Source of the DNA: Callorhinchus milii
Taxonomy: Eukaryota
Reading direction: 5' to 3'
Length of the DNA: 64,000 nucleotides
NCBI RefSeq assembly: GCF_018977255.1
Contig: NW_024704742.1
Span: forward strand, 122,142,001 to 122,206,000
The position numbers were made by a program, and so were the translations under genes. Of the stretch, positions 37,355 to 50,681 are shown piece after piece; the stretch's first letter is position 1, and each line of letters opens with the position of its first letter. The notes beneath the pieces were generated by a model. The model searched no databases, had not been told where the DNA came from, and saw only the letters and a list, made by a program, of their open reading frames with translations.

Positions 37355-37690
37355 TATAATAATAATCCTTGCATGTGATAAGGCACCTTATCATGTCTTC
37401 GAGAGGTCTCAAAGTGCTTCACAGAATATACTGTAAAGTGGATTGACTGTCTATTTTGTGGGTGAATCGCGGCAGCCAATTGCATACAGCAGTGTCCCAC
37501 AAACAGTCGTGGATTTTTTTTTTGAAGGGATTACTACTCACAGAAAAACGATCCACAATCAACTAGCAAATGGGTTCCTACTTACTGCTAGGTGACAGAG
37601 GCGTGTGGAGTAAGGAAGCTTGCCTAACGTTTCACTTTGCCCAGGAATCAAACCCAGGTCCTCTCGCTTGCAAGTAAAGACAGGCTATAA
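37355..37690 (-). mobile_element. Young tRNA-Ala SINE, long form
   Basis: Reverse complement of the tail, central segment and B box. Confidence 0.88.
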
Positions 37691-38159
37691 TGTCTATCAA
37701 CATTTTTAGTTGTACATGATGTAACCAACTATGCAATTTTTAGTCGAGCAAAGGAGGTGGTCAGATCTGCTGATCTTGGTAAAGCATTGATATATAGAGA
37801 CACTCTTGTGTGCGTGCCGGCACACACGCACACACAAACACACACATAGATCTCATATTCACACTGCTTTCATTTGCCTGTTTGGGTTGGTTCCAATTAA
37901 AATAAACCTTGCATTTGATATCGGGCCTACAACGTCAAAACATCTCAAAGCGCTTCACAAGTAATTACTACTGAGTGTACTAACTGTATTTGCAGGCAAA
38001 CGTGGCAGTCAATTTGGGCACAGCATTTTCCGTGAACTGAATGACCAATTTTATCTGGAGGATTGTTGGCCAGGACACCAAGAGGAAACTTCTCTCTTTT
38101 CAAATAGTGCCTTGGGATCTTAAATATCCACCTTAATAGTCAGATAGTACAGCTACCTT

Positions 38160-39050
38160 ATGTACACAAATCATTAAAGGTGATGGAAAGGGAAGTTAAC
38201 AAAGCTGTAAAACAAATAGCTAATGCAATCCTAGATTTTATAGAGTACAGGTATAACGTAGGTAAAGGTAAACTGGTTAGATTACCATTGGAGTACTATG
38301 TCCAGCTTTGGAAACCATACTAATAGGAAGGATAACAAGGCCATAAAGAGGGTGTGGAAGAAATTCACTAGGGTGTGCCAGGAATGAAAGGTTTTACCGG
38401 TGAGGCAAAAATGGAGGAACTCCAGTTTTTCCTTAGAAGAGAGATGGTTGAGGAGAGATCTGTTTTTTGGAAATTATAAGGAATTTGATAACACAAGGAG
38501 AATGGTCAGCAACTGAAGAACATGGAATTAACATCTGAGGGTAGGAGAGACTTTTTTTTACACAGAAAGGCTGTTCGGTTGTGAAATGTCTAGAATGACA
38601 GAGTGAGGTTGAATCAAAATTAGCTTTGAGAAGAATTAGATAAATATTCTAAAAAAAAGAGAAATATAAAAGAATATGGGGCTAAATTTGCAAGCGAGAG
38701 ACCTGGGTTCAATTCCAGGCAGGGCGAAACCTTGGGCAAGTTTCCTTACTCCACACGCTTAATAATAATCCCTCCACAAAAACAAAACAATAATAAATTG
38801 GCCATTTTCAATCCATGACTGTTTGTGGGACATTGCTGTACGCAATTGGCTGCCGCATTCGCCCACAAATATACAGTCAATTCACTTTACAGTGTATTCT
38901 GTGAAGCACTTTGGGACATCTAGAAGACGTGAAAAGCGCTATATCAAATGCAAGGATTATTATTATTATAAATTGAGTTGCTCTTTCAGAAAAACAGAAT
39001 AGGTATAATGGGCTGAATTGCCTCTGTCTATCTAGCACATCTCTATGGTT
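38160..39050 (+). mobile_element. Old CR1 3' region interrupted by a young SINE (~38688-38970)
   Basis: ctggttag...ttggagtactatgtccag (LV.P.LEY.VQ) and the CR1 3' end resumes after the SINE tail (atgggctgaattgcctc). Confidence 0.75.
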
Positions 39051-39149
39051 CTGTGGATATCTGGTTCTCTGCTGTGATGTTATAATGATCTGTAACGTAC
39101 ATCTGAAAAGATAGATGACAATGACAAAAACTTGTATTTATATAGTATT

Positions 39150-39465
39150 CTTCGCATAACTTCAACCTGCTTACCCCCCACTCCACCACTCAATGCCTCC
39201 TCTCGGCCGGTTCCGATCTCCTGTTTGTCCGCTGCCCCCTTCGCTCCACCATCGGTGGCTGTGCTTTCAGCCACTACGCCCTGAAGCTCTGGAACTCTCT
39301 CCCTCAATCCCTCTCCATTTTCAAATCCCACCTAAAGACCTTCCTTTTTGATCATGCTTATGCCTCCCTCTTCCACTGGTTCGGGGTCAGAGTCCACCAC
39401 TGTCAAGTGCTCCGGGACTCTATCCAGTGTGAAGGGCTCTATATAAGTGCAAGTTGTTGTTGTTG
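39150..39465 (+). mobile_element. L2 3' end
   Basis: ccaccatcggtggctgtgctttcagc...ctctggaactctctccc...(ttg)n tail. Confidence 0.85.
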
Positions 39466-39479
39466 AGGGCTTTATAGAG

Positions 39480-39800
39480 ATGGTGATGGACACTGAGCAT
39501 AGGATAAGGGAAGAGGAGGGAATTGTTGGCACGGTCGAAGAGGTAGTTTTTTGGGGCGTGAATTTTGAAGACAGAGGGGAAGACAAAGTAGAATATTGGA
39601 GGAAGGGAAGGGAGGGACTACCAGAAGATGGGGCATAGTAGCTGAAGGCTTGGCTACTGATGATGGGACGGAGGGGGCAGGGGACATGCAGCAGGTCCAA
39701 GTGAAGGGCATGAGCAGAAAAGTCAGGCTGAAGAAGATCACAAAGGAAGAGAGGTGTGAGGGTGTGAAAGGATTTGTAGGTGAGGATCTTAGTTTTATTT
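39480..39800 (-). mobile_element. L2 3' fragment, opposite to the preceding L2
   Basis: Minus-strand translation KILTYKSFHTL.P.FL.DLL...AFSYYAP. Confidence 0.75.
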
Positions 39801-41334
39801 TTAATCCAAAGGAATATACCTCCAACAATGCAAAACATCCTCTGTACCGTAGTGGCACATCTAGGAATTCAAATGCTAAAGTGGGCGTGAGCCCACTAAT
39901 CTTGCGGCTGAGAGTGCCAGTGACAGGCAAACTGACGCACCTGAAGCTTAATGACTGCAGCTGTGACGCTGCCATGTAGTACAATTTTAAATCATTGACT
40001 GAAAACATTAGCAGCTTCTTAACTCTGTCCCTTGCAAATGACCTAAGATAATCATCCAATGCCACAGTCAGCCTAGCAGTTCCTGCATGTTTGATTGACA
40101 AGCTATGGTCACTAGAATAACCACTACCTTCTGTCAGGCAGCCTTAAGCCCAACCTGTTCTGTTAGTGAGCTATCAGTGCATGTCCTGGGAGAGAGCAAG
40201 ATATCGAGTACAAACAACAGTATTGCACAGAGCATACACAGAGAATGTGCTGGAGGTGGAGAATGCTCCCAAAACCGTGAGAATTCAATCTCCGTTCAAT
40301 AAATGGAAAGGTGCTAATAGTGAGGCAGAATGGAACTAAAGCTTGTGTAGCTGTGATGTGAACATGAAAAATGAGTTTGCCAACAAGGTGTGAGAAGTTT
40401 ACTTCCTTGGAGAAAGTGGCTAGGTACTGGAATGCCCATCTTCATGGCTCACCTTACGCCATCAATAAGCCCATTGATATCAACCATCAACGACGGTAAT
40501 GCTCTTTTTATTAATGTGATGTTTTAATGCCGGTTTCATAGGCGCAGGCAAGATTACTTGCTGTATGAACTTTACTATAGTAGTATTTTATCTCTTCACC
40601 ACAACAGCTGTGTGGTGTAATAAATAACTTTGAAAACGCTGCACTTCGGATAGTGGGGGATTCTGATCTCTTGCATTTCACACAGTCTTTCAGCCGAAAC
40701 AGCAGTAGGACCGTTGTTTTAATAAGTGCCTGTTGTGCAGTTTGTCTCCATTCTCTATTGGGGATCATAGCTGTGATCAACAAGTGAGTCACTGAAGGGT
40801 GCAGGTCTTATATAACAAAGATATATCAGACAAACTGGGGAGGGGGGTTGAATGTTGGTGTCTAAATAGCGGTATGGAATTCTTTAAAAAGGAATCTTGA
40901 GTTTGTAACTAGGGTATCCTTCCTGTAAACAGACGCTCATTACACATTAGGCCGACCCATGGGAACTCTGCTCTGACCTGATCTATCTCTAGAGGAGATT
41001 TCCAGCTGTGCAGATGGGAATTCTAACAGAATTCCTTATTGATCAATTCACTTTACAGTATGTTTTGTGAAGCACTTTATACGTCTCAACAACATGATAA
41101 GGTGCTACATCAAATGCAAGGATTATTATTAATATCAAAGAAGTAATTTTTGAACTAAGATTGATCTGTAGCACGCTCTGAGTGAATATTACACTCCAGT
41201 TTTGTCCACTATACTCTGCCTGTTTGAGAATATTTATGAGGATCTTGGCAGCTGTACAAATGTGTTTTGAGATGAGACAGCAACTGGTCAAAGTGCACAT
41301 TGTTAACACAATGCCAGTCAGCTGCAATTGGAAT

Positions 41335-41648
41335 GGAGTCCTGTAGCTCAGTGGTTAGAGCACCCGCCTTGCAAGCCAGATACCTATGTTCAATTCCAGG
41401 CAGTGCGAAACCTTGGGCACGTTTCCTTACTCCACACACCTAATAATAATACCTCCAAAACAAAACAATAATAAATTGGTCATTTTCAATCCACGACTGT
41501 TTGTGGGACACTGCTGTGCGCAATTGGCTGCTGCGTTTTGCCCACAAATATACGGTCAATTCACTTTACAGCATATTCTGTGAAGTGCTTTGAAACGTCG
41601 AGAAGACGTGAAAAGCGCTATATCAAATGCAAGGATTATTATTATTAT
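41335..41648 (+). mobile_element. Young tRNA-Ala SINE, short subfamily
   Basis: Full element. Confidence 0.92.
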
Positions 41649-42883
41649 AACTATTTTGCACAAGAGCATCGAGAGACCTGTGAACAGAAATCTGGGTGAT
41701 GACCACACATACGGGAATTTGGATGCCCTGATAGTTTTTGTTCGTCAAAGCCTGTATTCTGAACACAGTAAATCACAAGTTCAAATCCCATGGTGAGCTG
41801 AGATTTAAACTCACTTTCATGGATTGGACAAGATTTCCTTGTCCTCGGCTTACTGTAGTCAGGCAGAGCGCTCTGTGACAGCTTAAACTTCAGCAAAAAC
41901 TTCTTATTAGAATGAAAGGAGGAACAGGCAGCACAGTCCCATATACAGTAAATCCCCGGCTCAGCAGACTCAGAGTATCTGAGACCAATTTTAAAAATTT
42001 AAAGATAATTGTGCGACTTGAGTGTGTATGGACTTCTGCCAGCCCACTCTCACAGCAAGCCCTAACTCCAAGCTGAGCAGCCTCACCGTGCTTGCTGACC
42101 TTCACCCTGGCCAGGGATATCGACTTTGACTCAGTTTTAATCCCGTGAGCAGAAGATGGTTTATTCACTTGTGGGATTCAAGCGATTACAATTACCGACA
42201 TTTTTGACTTATGGCAGTAAATATATTAATAATAATAATCCAGGAGAAACTCCCTCCTGTTTTTGAATAATGCCATGGGATCTTTAACTTCCGTCTGAAC
42301 AGGAATTCGGTGAAGTTAAAGATGATTGTACAATGCAGCACAATTCATATTTTTATAGAGCCTATCACGATGGGAGGACATCACTTAATAATTCTGGATT
42401 GGTACCTGAGCTAGAGGTAGGAGTTGGGGTGGTAAAGGAACGATGACCTAAATTGTGGACAAAAAGGTACATTTTGAAACCTCTTGACACAATTAAAGGT
42501 GAGGGTTTGGAAGTTGACAGTATCCAATAAACCCATCAAGATCACTAACTCTCAGGAGAGGAGAAAACATGGGAACATACTGGGTACATACTGGGTAGTT
42601 ATTTTCTTAGTATTCTAGAGTATGCAGTATTTGAGAAAAATTGTTGAGTTCAGTTTCAACCATGAAGCTAGTTTTCTGTATTTCTTAAAAAAACTTACAG
42701 AAAACAGGTTTCAAAAGTAAAACGCCATTGACAAATCTGCCCAACTCTGGATACTCAAAAATGCTAAGAATCTAGACTCAGGAGAAATATCTAGGTAATA
42801 ATCTGTTAAAGTTTTATAATGTGGTATTTAGTTGAAAATGTATTCATCAGGAAAATTATATCAATGTTGACTCAATCCTGAAA

Positions 42884-43241
42884 ATAATAATAATTCTTGA
42901 ATTTGACATAGCGCCTTACCACGTCATTGAGACATCTCAAAGCACTTCACAGAATATACTGTGAAGTGATTGACTGTAGATTTTGTGGTTGAAGTGCGGC
43001 AGCCAATTGCGCACAGCAGTGTCCTCACAAACAGTGGTCGATTGAGTGACTAAATTATAATTTTTTTAAGGGATTATTACCCCCAGAAAGCAATCTGCCA
43101 ATCGACCAACAACCGGGTTCTTACTTACTGCTAAACAGAGGCGTGTGGAGTAAGGAAACTTGCCTATGGTTGCACCTTGCCCTGGAATCGACCCGGGTCC
43201 TCTCACTTGCGAGGCCTCCAACCAATACACTGCAGGACTCC
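42884..43241 (-). mobile_element. Young tRNA-Ala SINE, long form
   Basis: Reverse-complement full element ending at caggactcc. Confidence 0.88.
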
Positions 43242-44429
43242 ACAGATGTAAAGGATGTAAGCCAAGTTCTCAGTCAGTGTGATGCACATGAGGTTCCCAG
43301 TAGGAGATGCCCTTTGTGTCCTGAAGTGCTTTTTCCTCTGTACCTGGCCGCTTTTTGTGCTGCTGATTTTTTTCAATGAGTGCTTTTACAACCCTATTGT
43401 CTTTGAATGTTGTTGACAGCTGCCATGAATGTTCTGATGCACACAATCGGTAGAAAGGTTTTAAGGCTAATCTCGTGGTTAAATGATGATTTTAAAAGAT
43501 AGGTCTCTAGCCTGTGATTAGTGATTAATTGGTAATCTGCTATTTTTCTCCTCTTACCTTTCATTAGCAGTTCTTTATAGCATGCTAAGTCATTCTAAAT
43601 TTCGTGTCCTCAGTTACAGTGAAGGAATTATCCTCAGGCTATCTTTGGCAGCCTTTCACTCCTCATAGAACTGGATTATTCATAGCAGATGCTTTATCTT
43701 AATACCTCAATAAAAGTTGGCTGGTCTTTGTATTCATGGTACTATATCTATTTAGCAAGTTATTGTAGCCCCTAATAAAGAGTGTTATTTTTATATGCTT
43801 TATCTGCTAAAACATTTGGTCTAACTCTAGGCGTTCAGATCCCATTGTTTTTGATACTGAACTTGGGAGAGAGAGAGAGAGGGCGACCATTGGGCTGAGT
43901 ATAAGGCAACACAGAAACAGCAACAACAACATTACATTTTTATAGCGCCTTTCACGTCCGGAGGACTTCCCCAGGCGTTGGACAGTGTACAGCATTTCAG
44001 AGAGCTGGAAGAGTCATGACAGCAGAAGTAAAACATAGAACTAAATATTCAGAGATCAAATTAAAATGGTAAAGGACCTAAAGGCAGTTGGAAATAAACA
44101 GTAAACATATTAAATGGTAATTTGTTGAAGGTTTTATTTAACCAGGGAAGACATTGGCAAACTTGTAAGAGTTTGTGAATGGCAAAGTTTCTAGATGTGG
44201 TTGAAAACCAATATCGGGCCCAAAGTAGATCATCTATACCCCAGAGGACTTGAAGGCTTGAACAGGATTGATGGGAAATTGAAAAAGACTGTATTGTGTT
44301 AGCTGACTCTTTGCTCACCTTTACCAAACAGTGTGAGTTGGCAATAAACAAAGCATATGCAATGACAATCTATATATACAATGCTAATCTATATCTCTAA
44401 ATTACTTGAGTTCACATCCCCAGAAACCA

Positions 44430-44710
44430 ACATGTCTCCATGTCAATCTCCATGTCTAGGCTGATACGCCAATACAATGTTGGTGGGAGTACTTCTTTGT
44501 TGGAGGTACCATCCTTTGGATGAGGCATTAAACCGAGATCTTTCTGCCTGTTTGGGTAGACATTAAAGAACCCATGGCACTATTTGTAAAAAGAAGAGAA
44601 TTTCGCCTGGTGTCCTGGCCAAGAATCTCTCATTAAAACTGATCATTCATTTTATGGCTGGCTGTGCAACATTGGTGGACACAATTGCCTACAAATGCAC
44701 AGTTACTACA
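44430..44710 (+). mobile_element. Old DeuSINE core
   Basis: ctaggctgata...ttggaggtaccatcctttggatgag...aaagaacccatggcactattt...ctggtgtcctggcc. Confidence 0.72.
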
Positions 44711-45510
44711 GTTTTAAGCAGTTTAAAAAAATAAAATGGGCTTTTAGTTAACACCAAATAAGAGCTGTGGCAGTGGCACAGTTTTGCCAGCTTTTAGCCC
44801 ATGTGATTACCCAAATATAAAATTCTTGGCTTAGTTTGCTATTCAGGCCTTCTTTCAAATAATCTAGAAATTCTATGTGCTGCAGTGAACTATCCAACCA
44901 CAGCAATGTCCCAGAGCTCACTTTGACATAACCAAAACTTCACCTGTTCGTAGTTTATAGTTGTTAGATGATGGCTACTTGAAAGGAGTTTCTTTAATGT
45001 TTGCTACCAATGCTTAGAAAATTCAAGTGTTACAGAACATAATTACTGCTGTAACTGTACAAAGTCCCAGCCCCTTACTGTCATCAGCAGCTCTCTCCAA
45101 GGTCTCTCCTAAGTGTACACTCTAGATGCACCGTATTCACAGCCATCTGTGAGCATTAGTGATTTGCCCAAAGCTCTTCCCACTTGAACCAGACAGGCAA
45201 ACACGTGTTCAAATGGTTTCCGGCTGTTGTGTATCATTGCATTCGCGATCCACACCAGCTCAGCTACGATGAATGGTGGGATCGAGACAAATGCAATAGA
45301 AAGACCAGCTGTGGTCCAGTGAACCAGCACTGGAAGCCTCAGCAAGGAGGGTGGTGGAGGGTGATAGGACTTTTAAAAGCTACCATCTCATATTCATACC
45401 CTGTATTTTCCTATCTTGGGCCTGCATTACAGTACTATTTTGTCTTAGAATGACCTTGCAATGAGCTAACCTATCCCATCACATATGTGCTCTTCTGCAG
45501 ATTAATTATT

Positions 45511-45710
45511 TGGGGTTGAGGTCTGATTGAGGTTGAGGTCTGATCGGGCTTGAGGTCTAATCATGGACTGGGGTGATTGAGGTTAGGGTTTGATCGGGGT
45601 CTGGGGTTGGGCTCTGAATTTTTTTGGGTCTAATTAGGGACTGGGGTTGGGGATTGATTGAGGTTGGGGTTTGAGCAGAGTTGAGGGGGGACCATGACTG
45701 GGGATTGAAC
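45511..45710. repeat. Degenerate G/T-rich minisatellite (~17-bp units)
   Basis: ggggttgaggtctgatt-like units repeated about ten times with decay. Confidence 0.7.
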
Positions 45711-47462
45711 AATACCAATCATAAGAAGGTGCCTGAGAATAACCAGTAACTGTGTGGGGATATGTCTGGCTATTCCAAGGTCACATTACATAGCAGTATG
45801 TTTATAATAAGGAACTCAGTGTATGGAGCCGTGAACCTGTCTCTTACCAAGTAACACCTCACCACCCTCCCATTTCAGTGCTTAATATGAGTATGTGCAC
45901 AAGTATGACATTGTACATACTTTTTAGACTGTGTGAAATTATGAAAAAATAACAATCCTTAACGTGGTTTTCGCTTCAGCAGGACGTCTCAAAGAGCTTA
46001 ACAGGATATACTGTAAAATGTAATGACTGTGTATTTTCTAGGTGAACTCAGAAGACTCAGTATTCAGTATCAGTGATTGTATTAAAAAAGAACTCAACTA
46101 GAGTCAAACTGTTTGTATGGGTGGCTGGATGATTCATGTGGAAACTAACCAGCCTGAGGTGCCATAGCTACCAAAGGAAAACCATGGATATCCAAGTTGA
46201 TTAATTGTGGATTCCCCTCTAAAAGCTTACCTCTCTTCTCCTTTTTCTTTCTACTGTGATATTTTGCCAGTATTTTGCTCAACTGACCTTTATCCAAATA
46301 TGAAATATTTCTAAAAATATTAATTGCAGTTTATTTTCAATGTATGTGAAAATGCTACCTTTGGATTTGATAGTAAAATGCAGGGGAGTGTGATGCTAGA
46401 GTGAAATCCTGTTATAACGCGGGTTAGCTCAGAACATGGTTGGACCGTGGACACCACCATTTACTTATGCAAAAAAATCCAAAATGTGCCATCAACTCCA
46501 TTTGCACTTTAAACTGCCAACCTGTGACATAACGGCAAGTGGCATTGGTTGTACACCATAAACCAGAGTTCGACCATTTTGTTCTTCCTGTGTGCCAGCC
46601 AGACAACATTTTGATGTGCCAATGAAGCCTTTTGCACTGACAGGCGATCACCCCCCCATTATGACACTGGTTGAGATCTTCAACCTTATTATTATATGTT
46701 GGTAGCATACATATATGTACGCAGTACCTTGTTTTACTGTAGCCCCAACGACTGACTGAAGACTGCTGTTCTAATTGTCAGAGAATAGTATAATATTGGA
46801 TACTGCGATTTGATATTGACAGTCAACAAGTCACAAGCCATTTGAGATAAGTACACTACACAGCAACAGTACAGTGGGTTTAATACAAAGAGCAACTGCT
46901 ATGCAACACGTCTTAGGTGCAGGGTAAACAGCTGTGATACTCATTACATTGCTATTTATAAATACCTAGCAAAAGGCCTTCAAGTGCGTAGTGCTTCTAT
47001 TACAGATAAGAACTTATACATTTAAGACTCCAAAAAAGAACTGACATTTGTAATACCCAGATCTGTTATTTGTAGCGAAGTAAATATGATAGTCATTCTC
47101 CATTTTGCATTTGTTTTCCTTCCCAACCTTGTTAGTATTTACTGTTTGCTTGAGAAATTCAGCTACATTTCTCCATCTAAATTTTTTAGATACTAAATAA
47201 AGCACAATTATTAACGTATTTAAAATATGTTGTCATTCGAGGAATGATGTACTGACGCAATGTGCTGATCCCCCAGAGGATCTTGTGATTCCACATGTGT
47301 TCCACACAGTTTTTGAGCACAGTCCGGATGGGGTGAGGGACCTGCGAAGGCCAGGAAGTTGGAAGGCGAACTAGATGGACCTTGGTCTTTTGATCATCTA
47401 ACATTTCTTATGTTCTTATGTTATCCAGACTGAGAATTCCATATATATATGCTACCAACATA

Positions 47463-47902
47463 TAATAATAATCCTTGGATTTGATATAGTGCCTTGCCAC
47501 ATTGTCAAGATGTCTCAACGTGTTTCAGAGGATATATTGTAAAGTGGATGGCCTGTGTATTATGTGGGCAAAACATAGGAGCTAGTGTGCGCTCATTTAT
47601 GTTCCACAAACAGCCATGGAGTGAGTAACCAATTTTATTTGGGGAATTGTTGGCCAGGACACCGGGAGAAACTCCCTTCTCTTTCGAATAGAGTCATAGG
47701 GTCTTTAACATCCACCTGAACAGACAGATGAGACCTTGGTTTAACGTCTCATCTGAAGGATGGCACCTCCAACAATGCAACAATCCCCCAACACTGCATT
47801 GGAGTGTCATTTTAGATTATATGATTCTAAGTCCTGACGTGGGACTTGAACCTACAACCTTCTGACTCAAAGGCAAGGGTGCTACCACTGAGCCAGGCTG
47901 AC
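47463..47902 (-). mobile_element. Old DeuSINE (SacSINE1-like), full length
   Basis: Complete head (tgtcagcctggctcagtggtagc), core and tail in reverse orientation. Confidence 0.88.
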
Positions 47903-48939
47903 ACACATGGAAATTTCCCATGGCTGGAATGGAATTTGCACTCTCTCCCTGGAGTGGGGGTTGAAGGGGTAAACACCATATTTATTTAACTCTGGAGAGT
48001 ATTAGATGCAGGTTGGCAAGAGCCAAGGATTGTGGACCCCAGCGTGTGCGTTGGGGTACTGCTGGAGTTTAACTGGCTAAAAATACATAGCTTGCATTAA
48101 AAGCACTGTCTGGCAAGTTTCCCGCTGCTTATCCAGCTAGGACCACCCTACCTGTTAGGGCTTTGGCTTGCAGGGTTAACAGTAGAAATTAACAGTAACA
48201 GAACAAAGAACTGAGAAATTTCACTGAACAAAGAACTGAGAAATCTCAAGATGTTGACCAAATGGTATTGTTAAAGATTATGGGTTTAACCTGTTTTTGA
48301 AAGCAGAGAGTGAGGTAGCGAGGGAAAGTGGTTTGAGGGGAGAATTACGAAGGGCAATGACATGACGGCTGAGGAGCCAGCAATAACCAAGAATCAGCAG
48401 AGTGGAAGGTACAGGCTGATTGTAGGACTGGAGAAGGTCCATATAAATGTGGTAATTTGCTGAAACCACCATTTGCTTTCAATGTTCACTGGTGTAAAAA
48501 ACCTACTTTAAAACTGCCTTTCAGATACTTTATGTAGCCTTCATGTCTAGCTACCACTTTCCCCATACTATTAAATTAGGGTAATTATTGAAGACAAAAC
48601 TATAGACCAATAGTCACAATGCTAAGAGTGAGAGGTGGTATAAATAATTGAACACAGAGAAAATATTAATGTATTAAACTAGAAGTGGGCATTTTGCCAC
48701 TGCAAACAGCTGACGTCAGTAGCACAGATGAGAAACAATGATGAATGGGGATAAAATCCCATTGTATTGTTCTCTTTTCATCCCTGATTGTTTTAAGATA
48801 TTTTCTGATTTTTTTTGTCCTGGTTTCTTTACGGTTTTAAGCATAATTTAAGAGGGAAGTTAAGTGTTGTATATCATCACATACTCCAACAAATTGGTGG
48901 GACATCTCAAAGTGTTTCACACAGCTAACTGGAAGCTGC

Positions 48940-48985
48940 GGGGTGGGGGGGGGGGGGGGGGGGAGGCGGGGAGGAGGTGGGGGGA
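48940..48985 (+). repeat. Poly-G / G-rich tract
   Basis: An uninterrupted G run of about 19 nt flanked by further G tracts. Confidence 0.85.
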
Positions 48986-49340
48986 AAGTAATCAAAAGAG
49001 GGGTCAGAAAGATAGTTCTTTAAATGAGTTCAAAATAGAAGAGGGAGCGGACAAAAATAAAAGAACAGTTACCTGCTGAAAAGAGACAATTGCTTGTTAT
49101 GTCTTGTTATAATTATTGCAGCAGTATTCACCACCAAAATACGCAGCCACTATACTTTGCAGCATGCCCTATGAGGCAATTTGGCACATCCTCCTAACAG
49201 GAAAGGTGCTATATCAGATTCAAGGATTATTATTATTTAACAAGCATTGTTTATTCAGCCAAACAAAGCGTTTTTTTATTTGGATGTACTGTTCCTTTTA
49301 TGTAAAAGAAGCACATATAATAATTAATGGGGCATTGATT

Positions 49341-49373
49341 TTAATTAAAAATATTCCTTTCTTTTAGGTAAGT
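49341..49373 (+). promoter_or_regulatory. Candidate recursive splice site (polypyrimidine tract, TAG|GTAAGT)
   Basis: ttaat, then tattcctttctttt, AG at 49366-49367 and GTAAGT at 49368-49373. Confidence 0.55.
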
Positions 49374-49590
49374 ACAGCATGTTCTAATCTTTTTGACCTG
49401 AATTCCAAGGATCTGGATTATACCAAGGTACAATGGTGATATTTGTGTTAGTTTGCACCTTGTTTCGGTTAATTGAGGACTTTGACTAGCTTTTCCACAA
49501 GCCTGGATAGAGTCATTGCTTTAAGAAAAACAGTAGGATTTAAATTTAGGGGCAGAAATTCAACAAGTGTTCCCAATCAGTCTATTTAGT

Positions 49591-49952
49591 GGAGTCCTGT
49601 AGCTCAGTGGTTATAGCACTTGCTTCACGAATGAGAGACCTGGGATCAATTCCTGGCAGGGTGAAATGTTGGGCAGGTTTCCTTACTCCACACGACTCTG
49701 TTTACCTAGCAGTAAGTAGGAACCCGGTTGTCAGTCGATTGGCGGATTGCTTCTCCGGGGATCATAATTCCTTCAAAAAAAAATTGGTCACTTCAACCCG
49801 CGACTGTTTGTGGGACACTGTTGTGCGTAATTGGCTGCTGCGTTTCACCCACAAAATATACAATCAATTCACTTTACAGTATATTCTGTGAAGTGCTTTG
49901 AGACATCTCAAAGACGTGATAAAGCCCTATATCAAAATGCAAGGATTGTTAT
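49591..49952 (+). mobile_element. Young tRNA-Ala SINE, long form
   Basis: Full element. Confidence 0.92.
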
Positions 49953-50358
49953 TTAGGTCAAACTTTATAGAGGGTTTAGAATTCAGCAAATTGTTGTATT
50001 CAGTCTGAAGTCGGTTTTCTGTAATTCATAAAAAAAACTTTAATTAAACCAGCTTGAAAATTAAGGCTTCATTTAGGAATTTGTCAAATTCAACACTCTC
50101 TGAAATACAACATCAGTAGAGTAAATCTAGACCCAGGTGTTTTATCATTCTGCCATCTAAAGGAAAGTATAGTAGTCACAATATGGCTCTAGCGATATTT
50201 GTTTTATTATTGTGCAGAAGAGGCTTAAAGTTTTTTTTTAGTTTCCTTAATTTCATTGTATTGTAGAGACTATTGTGGTGTTGATGAAAGAAAGGGTCTT
50301 TATAGGAGGAACATCTGATATTGCCATTTACAACCTGAAATATTGAAGAGTGACTCGT

Positions 50359-50681
50359 GGAGTCCTGTAGCTCAGTGGTTAGAGCACTCGCTTTGCAAGC
50401 AAGAGACCTGAGTTCAATTCCAGACAGGGCGAAACCTTGGGCAAGTTTCCTTACTCCACACGCCTAATAATAATCCCTCCAAAACCAAAAACAATAATAA
50501 ATTGGTCATTTTCAATCAACGACTGTTTGTGGGACATTGCTGTGCGCAATTGGCTGCCGCGTTCGCCCACAAATATACAGTCAATTCACTTTACAGTGTG
50601 TTCTGTGAAGCGCTTTGGGACGTCCTCCCGACGTGAAAAGCGCTATATCAAATGCAAGGATTATTATTATTATTATTATTA
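50359..50681 (+). mobile_element. Young tRNA-Ala SINE, short subfamily
   Basis: Full element, very close to the subfamily consensus. Confidence 0.95.

Noticed and set aside
39332..40101. Longest ORFs in the track (168 and 209 aa)
   Set aside because: They run across L2 and SINE fragments, and no coherent protein family or splice structure is present.
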